A stretch of DNA of 64,000 bases, taken from contig OZ240241.1 of assembly GCA_965198115.1 (NCBI GenBank), forward strand, positions 2,496,001 to 2,560,000. The letters are read 5' to 3'. The notes below the pieces were generated by a model. It saw only the letters and a program-made list of their open reading frames with translations, did not search any database and had not been told where the DNA came from. The position numbers and the translations under genes are program-made. This document shows positions 41,273 to 52,800 of the stretch, piece by piece. This DNA is from Candidatus Latescibacterota bacterium (GTDB lineage: Bacteria > Latescibacterota > UBA2968). Positions within the stretch are counted from its first letter, which is position 1. Every line of letters starts with the position of its first letter.

Positions 41273-43075
41273 ATGTCCGGCCCCGAAAACATCCGCAACT
41301 TCTGTATCATCGCCCACATCGACCACGGCAAGTCGACCCTCGCCGACCGTTTGCTCGAACACACCCTCACGGTGAACCGGAAGCAGATGATGGACCAGGT
41401 TCTAGACGACATGGACCTGGAGCGCGAGCGTGGCATCACCATCAAATCCCACGCCGTCCGAATGGACTATTCATCCGAGGACGGCGGCGACTACATCCTC
41501 AACTTGATCGATACGCCCGGACACGTCGACTTCTCATACGAGGTTTCACGAAGCTTGACGGCGTGCGAAGGCGCGCTGCTGCTCGTCGACGCCGGCCAGG
41601 GCGTCGAGGCCCAGACCGTCAGCAACGTCCTCCTGGCCATGGAGCACGATCTTGAGATCATCCCGGTCATCAACAAGATCGACCTCCCAGGCGCCGAGAT
41701 CGATCGTGTCGTCGTGCAGATCCACGACCTCCTCGGCGTCGAGGAACAGGACATTCTCAAAATCAGCGCAAAAAACGGCATCGGCATCCAGGACGTGCTC
41801 GATGCGATCATCGACAGGATTCCGGCGCCCGGGGGGGCCGCGGATGCCCCTCTGCAGGGCCTGGTATTCGACTCCGTGTTCGATCGGTATCGGGGCGCCG
41901 TCGCCTATGTCCGCATCTTTCAGGGCACGCTTCGCGCTCGTTCAGACATCCGTTTCTTTTCCACCGGACTCGACTACGAAGCCGAAGAGGTGGGCACGCT
42001 CCGGCTGGGTCGGGTCAAGCGAGACACGCTCGGGCCCGGCGAGGTAGGCTATCTCATCGCCGGGATCAAGGAACTGGGTAACGCACGTGTCGGCGACACG
42101 GTCACGAATGCCGAAAACCCTGCCAACGAGCCGCTACCGGGCTACAAAGACGTCAAGCCCATGGTTTTTGCCGGTCTCTATCCGGTGGAAGCGGAAAACT
42201 ACGAAAACCTGCGCACCGCCCTCGAAAAACTCAATCTCAACGACGCCTCGCTGGCCTACGAGCCCGAAACCTCGACCGCCCTCGGGTTCGGATTCCGGTG
42301 CGGCTTCCTCGGCCTGCTCCACATGGAAATCATTCAGGAAAGGCTCGCTCGGGAATTCGAGATGGAAATCATCACCACCGTCCCGAACGTCGAATACCGC
42401 GTCCTGATGACCGACGGCGAGGAGCTCGAAGTCCACAATCCCGCACAGATGCCACCCGCACAGAAGATCGAACACATCGCCGAACCGATGCTCGACGCGC
42501 AGATCCTCGTACCCTCCGAGTACGTCGGCAACATCATGAAGATCGCACAGGACCGGCGCGGCACTTACATCACGACGGAATACATCGACGCGGATCGTGC
42601 GCTCCTGCGATACGAACTTCCCCTCTCGGAGATCGTCCTCGACTTCTACGATCGCCTGAAGTCCGTCAGCAGGGGGTATGCATCGTTCGACTACGACTAC
42701 AAGGGACATTGCCCATCGCAGCTCGTGAAGCTGGATCTCATGATCAACGGCGATCCGGTCGACGCTCTATCCGCCATCGTTCATCGCGACAATGCCTACC
42801 CGTGGGGGCGGGCGCTCTGCGCGAAGCTCAAGGAACTGATTCCGCGACAGATGTTCGAGGTCGTTGTCCAGGCTGCGATCGGCGCTAAAGTCATCGCCCG
42901 GGAAACGGTTCGGCCTTACAGGAAGAACGTGACCGCCAAATGCTATGGAGGCGACGTTACGCGAAAACGGAAACTCCTCGAAAAGCAGAAAGAGGGTAAG
43001 AAGAGAATGAAGCAAGTCGGCAGCGTCGAGATACCGCAGGAGGCTTTCCTCGCCGTTCTCAGCATGGACGAATAG
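41273..43075 (+). CDS. lepA: Elongation factor 4
   Basis: [34 protein letters not shown]. Confidence 0.99.
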   Translation: MSGPENIRNFCIIAHIDHGKSTLADRLLEHTLTVNRKQMMDQVLDDMDLERERGITIKSHAVRMDYSSEDGGDYILNLIDTPGHVDFSYEVSRSLTACEGALLLVDAGQGVEAQTVSNVLLAMEHDLEIIPVINKIDLPGAEIDRVVVQIHDLLGVEEQDILKISAKNGIGIQDVLDAIIDRIPAPGGAADAPLQGLVFDSVFDRYRGAVAYVRIFQGTLRARSDIRFFSTGLDYEAEEVGTLRLGRVKRDTLGPGEVGYLIAGIKELGNARVGDTVTNAENPANEPLPGYKDVKPMVFAGLYPVEAENYENLRTALEKLNLNDASLAYEPETSTALGFGFRCGFLGLLHMEIIQERLAREFEMEIITTVPNVEYRVLMTDGEELEVHNPAQMPPAQKIEHIAEPMLDAQILVPSEYVGNIMKIAQDRRGTYITTEYIDADRALLRYELPLSEIVLDFYDRLKSVSRGYASFDYDYKGHCPSQLVKLDLMINGDPVDALSAIVHRDNAYPWGRALCAKLKELIPRQMFEVVVQAAIGAKVIARETVRPYRKNVTAKCYGGDVTRKRKLLEKQKEGKKRMKQVGSVEIPQEAFLAVLSMDE

Positions 43076-43079
43076 GTCC

Positions 43080-43787
43080 GTGTCGATGGTGGACCTCGCG
43101 GCCCTGCGCCCCGTAGACAAAAGGAGTTGGTTTCGACCGGTAGGGTGGATCGTCGTGGTCGCCGTGGTCTTGAGAGTATTCGTCCTTCAGGGCTACCACC
43201 TGCCTTCCACTTCCATGGAAGACAGCGTACTCGTCGGCGATTTCTTGATTGCAGGCAAGATGGCCTACGGTGCCCCGATTCCGTGGACACACTTCCGATT
43301 GCCCGGGTTCGGGACGCCAGAAGGCGGAGACCCTGTCATCGTCCGGTTTCCCCACGGCAGAAACCGCGAGATCCTGAAGCGATGCATGGCAGGGCCCGGT
43401 CAGACCGTCGAGATTCGCAACAAGATACTCTACGTCGACGGGGCACGATCCGTCGACCCCAAGCGGTCGAAGTACATCGACCCGCGCGTGCTGCCCAAGG
43501 AATCGCCCGACGGCGTTCGCGACAACTACGGCCCGGTCACGATTCCGCCGGGCCATTACTTCGTGATCGGAGACAATCGCGACAACAGCGACGACAGCAG
43601 GTTTTGGGGATTCGTCCCGGACCGCGACATCGTCGCAAAACCAGCCTTCGTCTACTTCAGCTGGCAGCCTGACCCCGAGGCACCCGTCTACGATGGTCTT
43701 GCCTCCTTGCCCAAAATCATCGGTTACAACGCGCTTCACTTCTTAGAAAGGGTTCGTTGGGAACGCATCGGCACATCGATCGAATGA
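43080..43787 (+). CDS. lepB: Signal peptidase I
   Basis: PSTSM, KRC, GDNRDNSDDSRFWG. Confidence 0.96.
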   Translation: MSMVDLAALRPVDKRSWFRPVGWIVVVAVVLRVFVLQGYHLPSTSMEDSVLVGDFLIAGKMAYGAPIPWTHFRLPGFGTPEGGDPVIVRFPHGRNREILKRCMAGPGQTVEIRNKILYVDGARSVDPKRSKYIDPRVLPKESPDGVRDNYGPVTIPPGHYFVIGDNRDNSDDSRFWGFVPDRDIVAKPAFVYFSWQPDPEAPVYDGLASLPKIIGYNALHFLERVRWERIGTSIE

Positions 43788-43814
43788 GAGACGGACCCTG
43801 AAGCGGCCGCTCCT

Positions 43815-44927
43815 ATGACCGCGTCACTCTACATCCACATTCCCTACTGTGGGTCGGCCTGTCCCTACTGCGACTTCGCGTTCGTCGTCGGTCGGGAGTA
43901 TACGGCCGATCGATACGTCGAGGCGCTGAAGCGAGAACTCGACGACCGTACGGGACTCGACACAGGCCCGTTCGAGACGGTCTACCTCGGGGGCGGAACA
44001 CCCTCTTCCCTCGATCCGGCCCTGATCGGCGAGCTGCTCGAATCAATCGACACGGTCGTGGGTATCGATGAAGACGCGGAAATCACGCTCGAAGCCGATC
44101 CGTTGCACGAGGCCCGTTATGCGGCCTACCGCGCTCGCGGCGTGACACGACTGAGCATCGGTGTCCAGAGCTTCTCCGATTGCGATCTCCGCGTACTCGG
44201 CCGCCGCCATTCCGGACATCAATCCGAAACCTCGGTCCTTTCTGCGCGTTCGGCGGGCTTCGACAGTCTGAACGTCGATCTCATTTTCGGGGCGCCGGAG
44301 CAGACGTTCGACACGTGGCGTGCCACCGTCGAAAGAGCCCTGCATCTGGGACCCGAGCATACGTCGATCTACGGTCTCACGATCGAGCCCGAGACGCCCT
44401 TCGGGCGACGTCACGCACGTGGCCGGCTGCCCATCGTGAGCGAAGAGGATCAAGCGCGCATGTTCGAATGGACGGACGGACGTCTGCGGGCGTCGGGCTA
44501 CGAGCACTACGAGATCTCCAACTACGCCCTACCCGGCTGCGAGTCACGGCACAACCTGGCCTGCTGGAGCGGCCGACCATACATAGGCCTGGGCGCCTCG
44601 GCACACAGCTTCGACGGACGGCGACGATCCTGGAACGAACGCGGGCTCGACGCCTACCTCGACGCCGTGGAAATAACCGGCCACGCCACGGTGGATGACG
44701 AAATCCTGACAGACACCCAGCGGCAGCTCGAGCGATTGATGCTCGGTCTGCGCACGTCCGAAGGCATCGATGCCGACTGGGTGGTCGAGAAAGAGGACGC
44801 CTCGACGGCCATCGATACTCTCGTCGCGCAACAGGTGATCGAGCAAAAGGCAGGACGACTGCGACTCACCTCACGTGGCCGTCTTGTCGCCGATGCCGTG
44901 TGCAAGCAGATCGCCGGGTTTCTCTGA
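43815..44927 (+). CDS. hemW: Radical SAM heme chaperone
   Basis: LYIHIPYC...CPYCDF, GGGTPS, YEISNY, HN. Confidence 0.93.
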   Translation: MTASLYIHIPYCGSACPYCDFAFVVGREYTADRYVEALKRELDDRTGLDTGPFETVYLGGGTPSSLDPALIGELLESIDTVVGIDEDAEITLEADPLHEARYAAYRARGVTRLSIGVQSFSDCDLRVLGRRHSGHQSETSVLSARSAGFDSLNVDLIFGAPEQTFDTWRATVERALHLGPEHTSIYGLTIEPETPFGRRHARGRLPIVSEEDQARMFEWTDGRLRASGYEHYEISNYALPGCESRHNLACWSGRPYIGLGASAHSFDGRRRSWNERGLDAYLDAVEITGHATVDDEILTDTQRQLERLMLGLRTSEGIDADWVVEKEDASTAIDTLVAQQVIEQKAGRLRLTSRGRLVADAVCKQIAGFL

Positions 44928-45829
44928 TGACGTTGACCCTCAGGCTTCCCGGTTCTACATCGAACCTCGGCCCGGGATTCGACGTCCTCGGTCTTGCGCT
45001 CGGAATCCACAATCGGGCCACCGTGTCCGAATCGAAGGACGGGCACACACGCGTGACGGTCACGGGCGAAGGGCAGGCATCACTGCCTGTGGACGGGACC
45101 AACCTGTTCGTCAAAGCCGCAACGCGAACGGCGAAGGAAATCGGCAAATCGCTACCCCCCCTGGAGGTGCGGACAGAAAACACGATCCCTCTTGCGCGCG
45201 GTCTGGGTAGCAGCTCGACGGCGATCGCCGGCGGCGTACTCTCAGCCAATCGACTGCTGGGGGATCCTCTCGACACTCACGATGTCGTTCAGCTCGCCTC
45301 ACGTATCGAGGGGCATCCCGACAACGTTTCTCCGTGCATCCTGGGTGGTCTCACGATCAGCTCCATGAACGAGTCAGGACGCGTCATCTATGTCCGGGCC
45401 ATCCCGGCAGGAGAACTCGAAGCCATCGTCGCCATACCCGACTTCGAACTCATCACCGAGGACGCCCGAAACGCGCTTCCCGAGGAGGTTCCTCACCAGG
45501 ATGCCGTCTACAACGTCGGCAACGCGTGCCTGGTTACGGCCGCCCTCCTGACCGGCCATCCGGACGTGCTGTGCGAAGCCATGGATGACCGTCTGCACCA
45601 ACCGTATCGAGCGGGCCTGATCCCGGGGTATCACGATGTCTGCACGGCCGCACGGGAGGCCGGGGCGTTGAACGTCACCATCAGCGGTGCGGGCCCCACG
45701 CTCTTCGCCCTCGCAGAATCCGACGGGCGACGGGTCGCAGACGCCATGGTAGCCGCCTGGCGTTCCCACGACATCATCGCGACACCCCGCGTTCTGCCCA
45801 TCGACACTGCAGGAGCCGTCTTCGAATGA
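44927..45829 (+). CDS. thrB: Homoserine kinase
   Basis: NLGPGFD, IPLARGLGSS, EGHPDN, ISGAGPT. Confidence 0.96.
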   Translation: MTLTLRLPGSTSNLGPGFDVLGLALGIHNRATVSESKDGHTRVTVTGEGQASLPVDGTNLFVKAATRTAKEIGKSLPPLEVRTENTIPLARGLGSSSTAIAGGVLSANRLLGDPLDTHDVVQLASRIEGHPDNVSPCILGGLTISSMNESGRVIYVRAIPAGELEAIVAIPDFELITEDARNALPEEVPHQDAVYNVGNACLVTAALLTGHPDVLCEAMDDRLHQPYRAGLIPGYHDVCTAAREAGALNVTISGAGPTLFALAESDGRRVADAMVAAWRSHDIIATPRVLPIDTAGAVFE

Positions 45830-47544
45830 TCGCCCGACTACACCCCAACGATCCAAGCACAATGCCGCCGTGGATTCGGGCCGTCGTCTACCTCCTAATC
45901 ACAGGTCTGCTCGGACAGCCCCTGTCCACGCTCGCCCAGTCGCGGGGCAGTCGCCGCAATCAAGATGAACGCGAGAGAACACGGAGCGCGCTCGAAACCT
46001 TTTCGTCGCGAGGTCGTCAGGGCCAGGATGAAATGACGGACCCCTTCGGCATCGACATGATGACCATCAGCAAAGGGGCCTACGATGCGGTCATCCGGAC
46101 GGGCGAGTATGTCCTCGGAACCGGTGACGCCTTCTCCATCCTCGTCGACACCGATGAGGGCGTTGTCGTCGATGAGGTGCCCGTCGGCGCCGATGGGGGT
46201 TTGGTCATCCCCTACGTCGGTGTCGTACCCGTCGCGGGCAAACGCCTCGCCGACGCCAAGGCCGCCATCGAGCGCGCCATCCAGGACCGGTTCCAGCATC
46301 TCGACATCTCGGTCAACCTCTCCAGACTCCGATCCTTCCCGATCAACGTCATCGGCGAGGTCCAGTTTCCGGGCGCTTACAAGGTCAAGGGCGTCGAACA
46401 GGTCTCCGAACTCATCCTGCGGGCCGGCGGTCTGCTGGAAGAGACCCGTGGGCGCGCCTCACTCCGTAACATCCGGATCCTCCGACGCTCCGAAACAGGC
46501 GAGCTCCTCGACAACCCGAAGCGCGCCGATCTGCTCCTGTGGAACCTGACGGGCGACCTCCACTACAACCCGTATGTGATCGATGGAGACCAGATTTTCG
46601 TACCCGTTAAGGGCGACTCGATCAGCATCGCGGGCGGCGTTCACCAGCCCGGCAACTACGAATTCGCGGTGGGTGATCGCGTGTCGGACCTCGTGAGACT
46701 CGGACGCGGCCTGATCGGCGATTCTCGCACGGTCACCGCCGAACTGCTCAGACTCGGATCGGGGCGTGCCGATGCTCGCCCGATCGATCTTGCAACCGCC
46801 CTCGCGAACGGCTCGGCGGCAAACATCGAGCTGGAGGCGGGCGACAAGCTCTTCGTGACGGGTGACAGACAGCGTGTCACCGTCGAGGGCGAAGTCCGTT
46901 TCCCGGGCGCCTATCCGATCGAGCAAGGACTCAGACTCCGCCAGCTGATCGAACGCGCCGGCGGATTCACCGAGTTCGCGTCACGCTCACAGTCCGTCGT
47001 GATCAGACGTGTCGAATACGGAGTCCGTGCCGACGAAGACGTCAGGCTCGAACGGTTGCTAAACCTCCCACGAAACCAGTTGTCCGACGGAGATCTTGCC
47101 TACATCACCATGAACACGCAACGAGTGCCGGGCCGCATTCCCGTCGACTTCGAAGCCCTCTTCGATCGAGGGGACGAGCGCCACAACGTCGAACTGCGTG
47201 GCGACGACGTCATCAGGGTCCCACGGCTCCGACCGACTGTTCTCGTCAACGGATCGGTGGCCGCACCCGCCGCCATTCCCTACGATCCTGCTTACACTGT
47301 GAACGACTATATTCGCGACGCGGGTGGATTCACGAGCACCGCCCGACGCAACGACGTCTACGTCATCCAGGGCAGTACGGGTCACTCGGTCGAAGCGTCC
47401 AAGGTCGACGATGTATCTCCAGGCGATGCGATCTTCGTCCCATCCAAGACCCAGGGTCAGGGATGGCGTACCTTCCGGGAGGTTTTGGTCATCGCTGCAC
47501 AGCTCGCCTCCCTCGCCCTCGTCATCGACGCGATACGAAGATGA
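45826..47544 (+). CDS. SLBB-repeat polysaccharide export protein (Wza/KpsD-like)
   Basis: Signal peptide, YVLG.GD export domain, repeated GEV.FPG.Y..AGG modules. Confidence 0.88.
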   Translation: MIARLHPNDPSTMPPWIRAVVYLLITGLLGQPLSTLAQSRGSRRNQDERERTRSALETFSSRGRQGQDEMTDPFGIDMMTISKGAYDAVIRTGEYVLGTGDAFSILVDTDEGVVVDEVPVGADGGLVIPYVGVVPVAGKRLADAKAAIERAIQDRFQHLDISVNLSRLRSFPINVIGEVQFPGAYKVKGVEQVSELILRAGGLLEETRGRASLRNIRILRRSETGELLDNPKRADLLLWNLTGDLHYNPYVIDGDQIFVPVKGDSISIAGGVHQPGNYEFAVGDRVSDLVRLGRGLIGDSRTVTAELLRLGSGRADARPIDLATALANGSAANIELEAGDKLFVTGDRQRVTVEGEVRFPGAYPIEQGLRLRQLIERAGGFTEFASRSQSVVIRRVEYGVRADEDVRLERLLNLPRNQLSDGDLAYITMNTQRVPGRIPVDFEALFDRGDERHNVELRGDDVIRVPRLRPTVLVNGSVAAPAAIPYDPAYTVNDYIRDAGGFTSTARRNDVYVIQGSTGHSVEASKVDDVSPGDAIFVPSKTQGQGWRTFREVLVIAAQLASLALVIDAIRR

Positions 47545-47621
47545 AGAGTCAGAAGTCATCATATGGCGACTTCAATAGTCTTTCGCTTGGCAGCTTAAAC
47601 GTCCATTGATCGATTGATCAG

Positions 47622-48809
47622 ATGACAACCAACGACAACACAGAACGTTCATTCATCGACCACCTCGGAACGGTCGTCAGATGGCGTCGCATGATCCTCT
47701 GGTGTTTCTTCGTGGTTACCGCGGGAACGGCCCTCGTGTCACTCGTGTTACCGAAGGCGTATCGCGCGACGGCTACCGTTTTTCCGCCTCAGGATTCGAG
47801 CGACGTACTCGGCGGACTCTCGTCCCTCCTGGCCGATCTTCCGGTCAACTTGCTCGGTCTTTCCGGAGGGAGCGTGTCCGCGACCGACTTCGTTCCCGTC
47901 GTCGAAAGCGAACGCGTGAAGGAAGCAGTGGCCGAACGCTTTGGCCTGATGGCCAAATACGAGGCCGAGACGCGCGAACAGTTGCTACGGGAGATGGAGG
48001 GTCGGCTCGAGGTCGAGCTCTCCCGGGAGCAGTTCTTGACGGTCTCCTATGAAGCGGAAACACCCGAACTCGCCGCGCAAATGACGAACGCCTTCGTGGA
48101 AGAGCTCGATCTGGCGCTTCGTGATCGGAAAAACCAACAGGCGGGGGCCCTGCGTCAATATTTTGAGATACGATTGGCCGAGGCCCATAGCGATGTCCGG
48201 GGTGCGGAACTGGCGTATCGTGCTTTTCAGTCCGAACACATGGCCATCGACCTCGAGACGCAGGCCAATGCCCAGATCGAAACAGCGGGGCAGGTCGTCG
48301 TGCAACTCGCCGAACTCATCATCCAGCGGGATGTCGCTACGGAGATGATGGAGGCTGGTCACCCCAAGCTCAAACAGCTCGAACTCGAGATCGACGCCAC
48401 GCGTGGAGCCATCGACCGAATGCTGATGGGCGACATCAACGGCGCCGGTGCAGATCTTCCCGACATCGTCATCCCCTTTCGCGCCGTTCCTGACCTCGGC
48501 CTGCAAGCGCTCCAGCTCATGCGGGACGTCAAAATCAACAATGCGATCTACACGTTCGTCCGGCAGGAATACGAACGGGCACGGCTCGAAGAGGACAAGG
48601 AGACCGCACTCGTCATCCCACTCGACAGCGCCAAACCACCCGACACACGGAGCCGACCGCGTCGCACCCTGATGGTCCTTATAGCCGGGGCCCTGAGCCT
48701 GGCACTCAGCACGCTTCTCGCCTTTTTCTTCGAGGCTGTGCACGGTCTGGACGACAGCCGAAGGCAGAAACTGGACTCCATCCTCGCCGAACTCCGTCGC
48801 AAGGCCTGA
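47622..48809 (+). CDS. Wzz/GumC chain-length determinant
   Basis: Two TM segments, P..Y.A.A, coiled coil, LD.A.PP...SRP.R. Confidence 0.9.
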   Translation: MTTNDNTERSFIDHLGTVVRWRRMILWCFFVVTAGTALVSLVLPKAYRATATVFPPQDSSDVLGGLSSLLADLPVNLLGLSGGSVSATDFVPVVESERVKEAVAERFGLMAKYEAETREQLLREMEGRLEVELSREQFLTVSYEAETPELAAQMTNAFVEELDLALRDRKNQQAGALRQYFEIRLAEAHSDVRGAELAYRAFQSEHMAIDLETQANAQIETAGQVVVQLAELIIQRDVATEMMEAGHPKLKQLELEIDATRGAIDRMLMGDINGAGADLPDIVIPFRAVPDLGLQALQLMRDVKINNAIYTFVRQEYERARLEEDKETALVIPLDSAKPPDTRSRPRRTLMVLIAGALSLALSTLLAFFFEAVHGLDDSRRQKLDSILAELRRKA

Positions 48810-48825
48810 AAGAAGAGACCACCGC

Positions 48826-49860
48826 GTGGAAACAGACCAAAGGGTCCCCGAAAGCTCCAGTATCCTCACAACCACGGTCGGGTCCTATCCCCTGCCGGAA
48901 TGGGTGATCGCGGCGCCCAGCGAGTCCGCCATCGTCGACGCTACACGTGTCATTCTGGACACCCAACGCCAGGGCGGCATCGATCTCCCGACCGATGGTG
49001 AGATCTATCGCTTCGACATCAACCACCCCGAAACCAACGGGATGATCGAATACTTCGTCCGTCCCATGGGTGGTACGCGAGATGACTTTGGACGGAGCGA
49101 GATCGAAGAATTCGCGGAAAAACAGACGATGGGGTTCCGTTCAAAACCGGCCGCCGTCGTCGACGAGGCACTCAACGAAGGCACCCTCGACCTCTTGACG
49201 GACTGTGCAAGGGCCGCCGACATCTCCGGAGGCCCGTTCAAGTTCACGCTCACGAGTCCGTACATGCTTGCCAGAACACTGCTCGACCATCACTACGGTG
49301 ATTTCGAAGCACTCCTGATGGGCGTGGCAGACGTCCTCGCCGCCCAGGTACGCGACCTGCCCTGCGCGTGTCTTCAGGTCGATGAAGCCAACATCCCGGG
49401 AAACCCCGACGACGGTCCGATCGCGGCCAGAGCAATCAACCGTGTCCTCGATGCCGTGTCTGACGGGACCGAGAGAGCCGTCCACTTCTGCTTCGGGAAC
49501 TACGGGGGCCAGGTCATCCAGAGCGGTACCTGGTCGGCCCTCGTTGACTTCCTGAACGACCTTCACGCGGACCACCTCGTGCTCGAAATCGCCCATCGTC
49601 CTAAGAGCGATCTCGAGGCGCTCAAGGAAGTTGACGGGAACATCAAACTCGGCATCGGCGTCGTAGACATCAAAGTCAACCACGTCGAGACAGCCGACGA
49701 GATCGCATCCCGGATCGAGGAAACGGAAAAAGTCGTGGGCCCCGGTCGTATCAGATACATTCATCCCGACTGTGGATTCTGGATGCTCAAACGCTCCGTC
49801 GCAGACCGCAAAATCGCCGCGCTGGCCCCCGGACGCGATCGGTATCTCGGTCTGTCCTGA
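48826..49860 (+). CDS. Cobalamin-independent methionine synthase family, single-barrel 'core' type
   Basis: TVGSYP, TDGE, QVDE, HFCFGN, E, PDCG Zn ligands; 344 aa, no N-terminal folate barrel. Confidence 0.88.
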   Translation: METDQRVPESSSILTTTVGSYPLPEWVIAAPSESAIVDATRVILDTQRQGGIDLPTDGEIYRFDINHPETNGMIEYFVRPMGGTRDDFGRSEIEEFAEKQTMGFRSKPAAVVDEALNEGTLDLLTDCARAADISGGPFKFTLTSPYMLARTLLDHHYGDFEALLMGVADVLAAQVRDLPCACLQVDEANIPGNPDDGPIAARAINRVLDAVSDGTERAVHFCFGNYGGQVIQSGTWSALVDFLNDLHADHLVLEIAHRPKSDLEALKEVDGNIKLGIGVVDIKVNHVETADEIASRIEETEKVVGPGRIRYIHPDCGFWMLKRSVADRKIAALAPGRDRYLGLS

Positions 49861-49879
49861 TCTTCCGATTGGACCCACC

Positions 49880-52800
49880 CTGAACACCCACTCACACACT
49901 CGCTGGTTGGTTGCCGCGCTGCTGCTACTCCTGTTTCTCGGAGAAGCCGAGGCTCAAGTCGATCCCGACAGCCTCGGTGTCATCGTCACGATCGCCGGTG
50001 GGGGCGTCGATTCCCTCAGCGAGGACATCCCGGCCACCGATGCCCTCCTCGATGTCCCACTCGGCATATCCGTCGACGTTAACGGTCACATCTTCATCAC
50101 AGAGACGGGCAACCACCGGATTCGTCGAATCGATGCAGTCACCGGGAACATCACCACCGTCGCCGGAAGCGGAACTCTGGGCAACTCCGGCGACGGCGGC
50201 CCAGCCACAGCCGCGCAGTTCAGCAGACCTCAAGGCGTCGCCGTACACTCGAGCGGCGACATCTACATCGGTGACACGGGCAACCGGGTCGTCCGACGCG
50301 TCGACGCAGCAACCGGTTTGATCGAAACGTTCGTCGGATCGGGCCAGCTGGGAGAGGTCCCCGCAGGGGTCGCGATCCCCCGAGAACTCGCCAGCTTCAG
50401 CGAGATCGTCGATGTCTGGACCACCGAGGGAGCGCTCTTCGTCGCCGATGGCGCGCTTGCAGGCGGTGGCGGAAACAACATCATCATCCAAGCGGAATTC
50501 GACAGCTTGGACGTGGTCCGTATCGCCGGTACCGGAAATGCCGAGTTTTCCGGTGACGGCAGCGCGGCCATCGATGCGGGCATGAGCGTCGAACAGATCA
50601 AGACCGCCCTCGACTTCTTTCTGTTCGCCGATTTTCTGAATCACCGCGTCAGACAGCTCGAAGTGGTCGTTCCGGAAGGAGACTCGATCCCGGTCGCGCA
50701 GATCTCGACCATCGCCGGTAGGGGACTGACGTTCGGCGACATCCTGAGCGGGTTCACTTTCTCAGGCGATGGCGGACCGGCCACGGACGCCCGGCTGAAC
50801 TTTCCCTCCGGCATCGCCGCCGACGAAACTGGTCGAGTATACATCGCCGACTCACAGAATCAGCGCGTCCGGGCAATCGAACTCGACGGCACGATCGTCA
50901 CGCTCGCGGGCACGGGCGATTTCCTGTCGGACGGCGATGGGCAGCTCGGATTCCTGGCGCCCGTCGAGAATCCCGCGCGTCTCGCCCTGGACCTGAACGG
51001 AGACCTTTTGGTCGTGGAGCCTATCGGCGGGCGCATCCGCAAGATCATCGACCCGACCTTCCGTTCCGCTTTTCTCGAAATCGCCCGGACCGAAATCAAT
51101 TTCGGGCAGGCCAGCCTGGGCATTGGGAAAGTCGACACGCTCCTGATCCAGAACTTCGGAAACAAAGTGCTCAACATCGCCGACGTCTCTTCCGACAACG
51201 AGCGGTTTTCGGTCCCACTCGAGCTACCCGCCGAAGTCTTACCCAACGAGATCTTTCGAATCCCGCTGCGCTTCGACCCCGACGCCCAGGATCCCGTCTT
51301 CGGTGAACTGATCCTCCAGACGGATGATCCCTTTCGTCCCACGATTCCGATCGCCGTGCAGGGAGCCGGCATCGTCCCTGACGCCGATCTGCTCCCTTTG
51401 TCGGCATCCTTCGAACAGACCTTCACGGACGAGACCCGAACCCAGTCATTCAGACTCACGAACGTCGATCAGGGTTTGTTAATGCTCGACGGGATCGCGC
51501 TTTCCGACACCACCAACTTCTCGGTCACGTTCAGCGACTCGACGGCCCCCTCCGGAGACGTCATCACGATTTCCGTCGTCTTTCAACCCACGATCGATGG
51601 CCAGATCGACGGCACGATGATCGTCCGAACGAACGACCCCGACGAGCCGACGTTCACGGTCTCCCTGACCGGATTTGGAAGGATCGGGAAGCCGGGAGGA
51701 TTCCTGGATGTGAGTTCAACGATGGGGGTCGGGGATGCGGGAGCCGCATTCGGCGTGTCCTGGGCGGATTACGATCGGGACGGAGATTCCGACCTCTACG
51801 TCGTTCGAAGTATGCAGACCAATCTGCTCTACAGGAACAACCAGGGCGCGTTCGCCGAAATCGGAGCGGCCGTCGGCGTGAACGGAAGCGGCGACGGAAG
51901 CGGCGCGGCCTGGGCCGACTACGATCGGGACGGAGACCTGGATCTCTACGTCACGAATTTTTCCCAGCCGAACAGACTCTACCGGAACGATGGAGGGGTC
52001 TTCAGCGACGTCGCGACGACCGCAGGGGTCGACGACAACGGGGACGGATACGGTGCGGCGTGGGGGGACTACGACAATGATGGCGATCCCGACCTCTACG
52101 TCGCCAATTTCGGTCCCAACGTCTTTTACAGAAACGTCGGAGGCCAATTCGAAGAAATAGCCGATCAGCTAGGTGTTGCCGACTCGAGCAGTGGTGTGCA
52201 ACCGGTGTTCAGCGACTTCGACAACGACGGGGACGTCGACCTCTTCCTCGCCAACAGCGGTCCGAACCGGTACTGGGTAAACGTCGAGGGCACCTTCGTC
52301 GATTCGATTTCGATCTTCTTTCCCGCCGACGACGGTCCCAGCTTCGGGGCAGCCGTCGGGGATTACAACAACGACGGACTGATGGACCTGTATGTTCCCT
52401 ACTTCGGCGAGCCCAACCGTCTCTACGAAAATTCGGGCAATGCGTTCAACGACGTGGGTCTCGCGCTCAGCATTAACGACAACAGTCGGTCCCGCGGAGC
52501 CGTCTGGGCCGACTTCAACAACGACGGATGGCTCGACATCTTCGTCACCAATTCCGGTCAGCCCAATCGCGTCTACCGAAGCGAGGGATTGGTCGGCGGG
52601 AACGTGGTCTTTACCGAAGTCGCCGAGGAGTTCGGCACGGACACGGTCGCCGACAGCCGGGGTGTTGCCCTGTCCGACTTCGACGGCGACGGTGGGTTGG
52701 ATCTCTTCGTCGCAGTACAGGGAGGTCCGGACAAACTGTTTCAAAATCAGGAGGCCGACGGAAACTGGATCCTGATCAGCCCGCGGGGAACCGTCAGCAG

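Noticed and set aside
51720-52750. Periodic GACTACGACAACGACGG-like repeats as a CRISPR or DNA repeat array
   Set aside because: These are degenerate in-frame FG-GAP protein repeats, and no cas genes are present.
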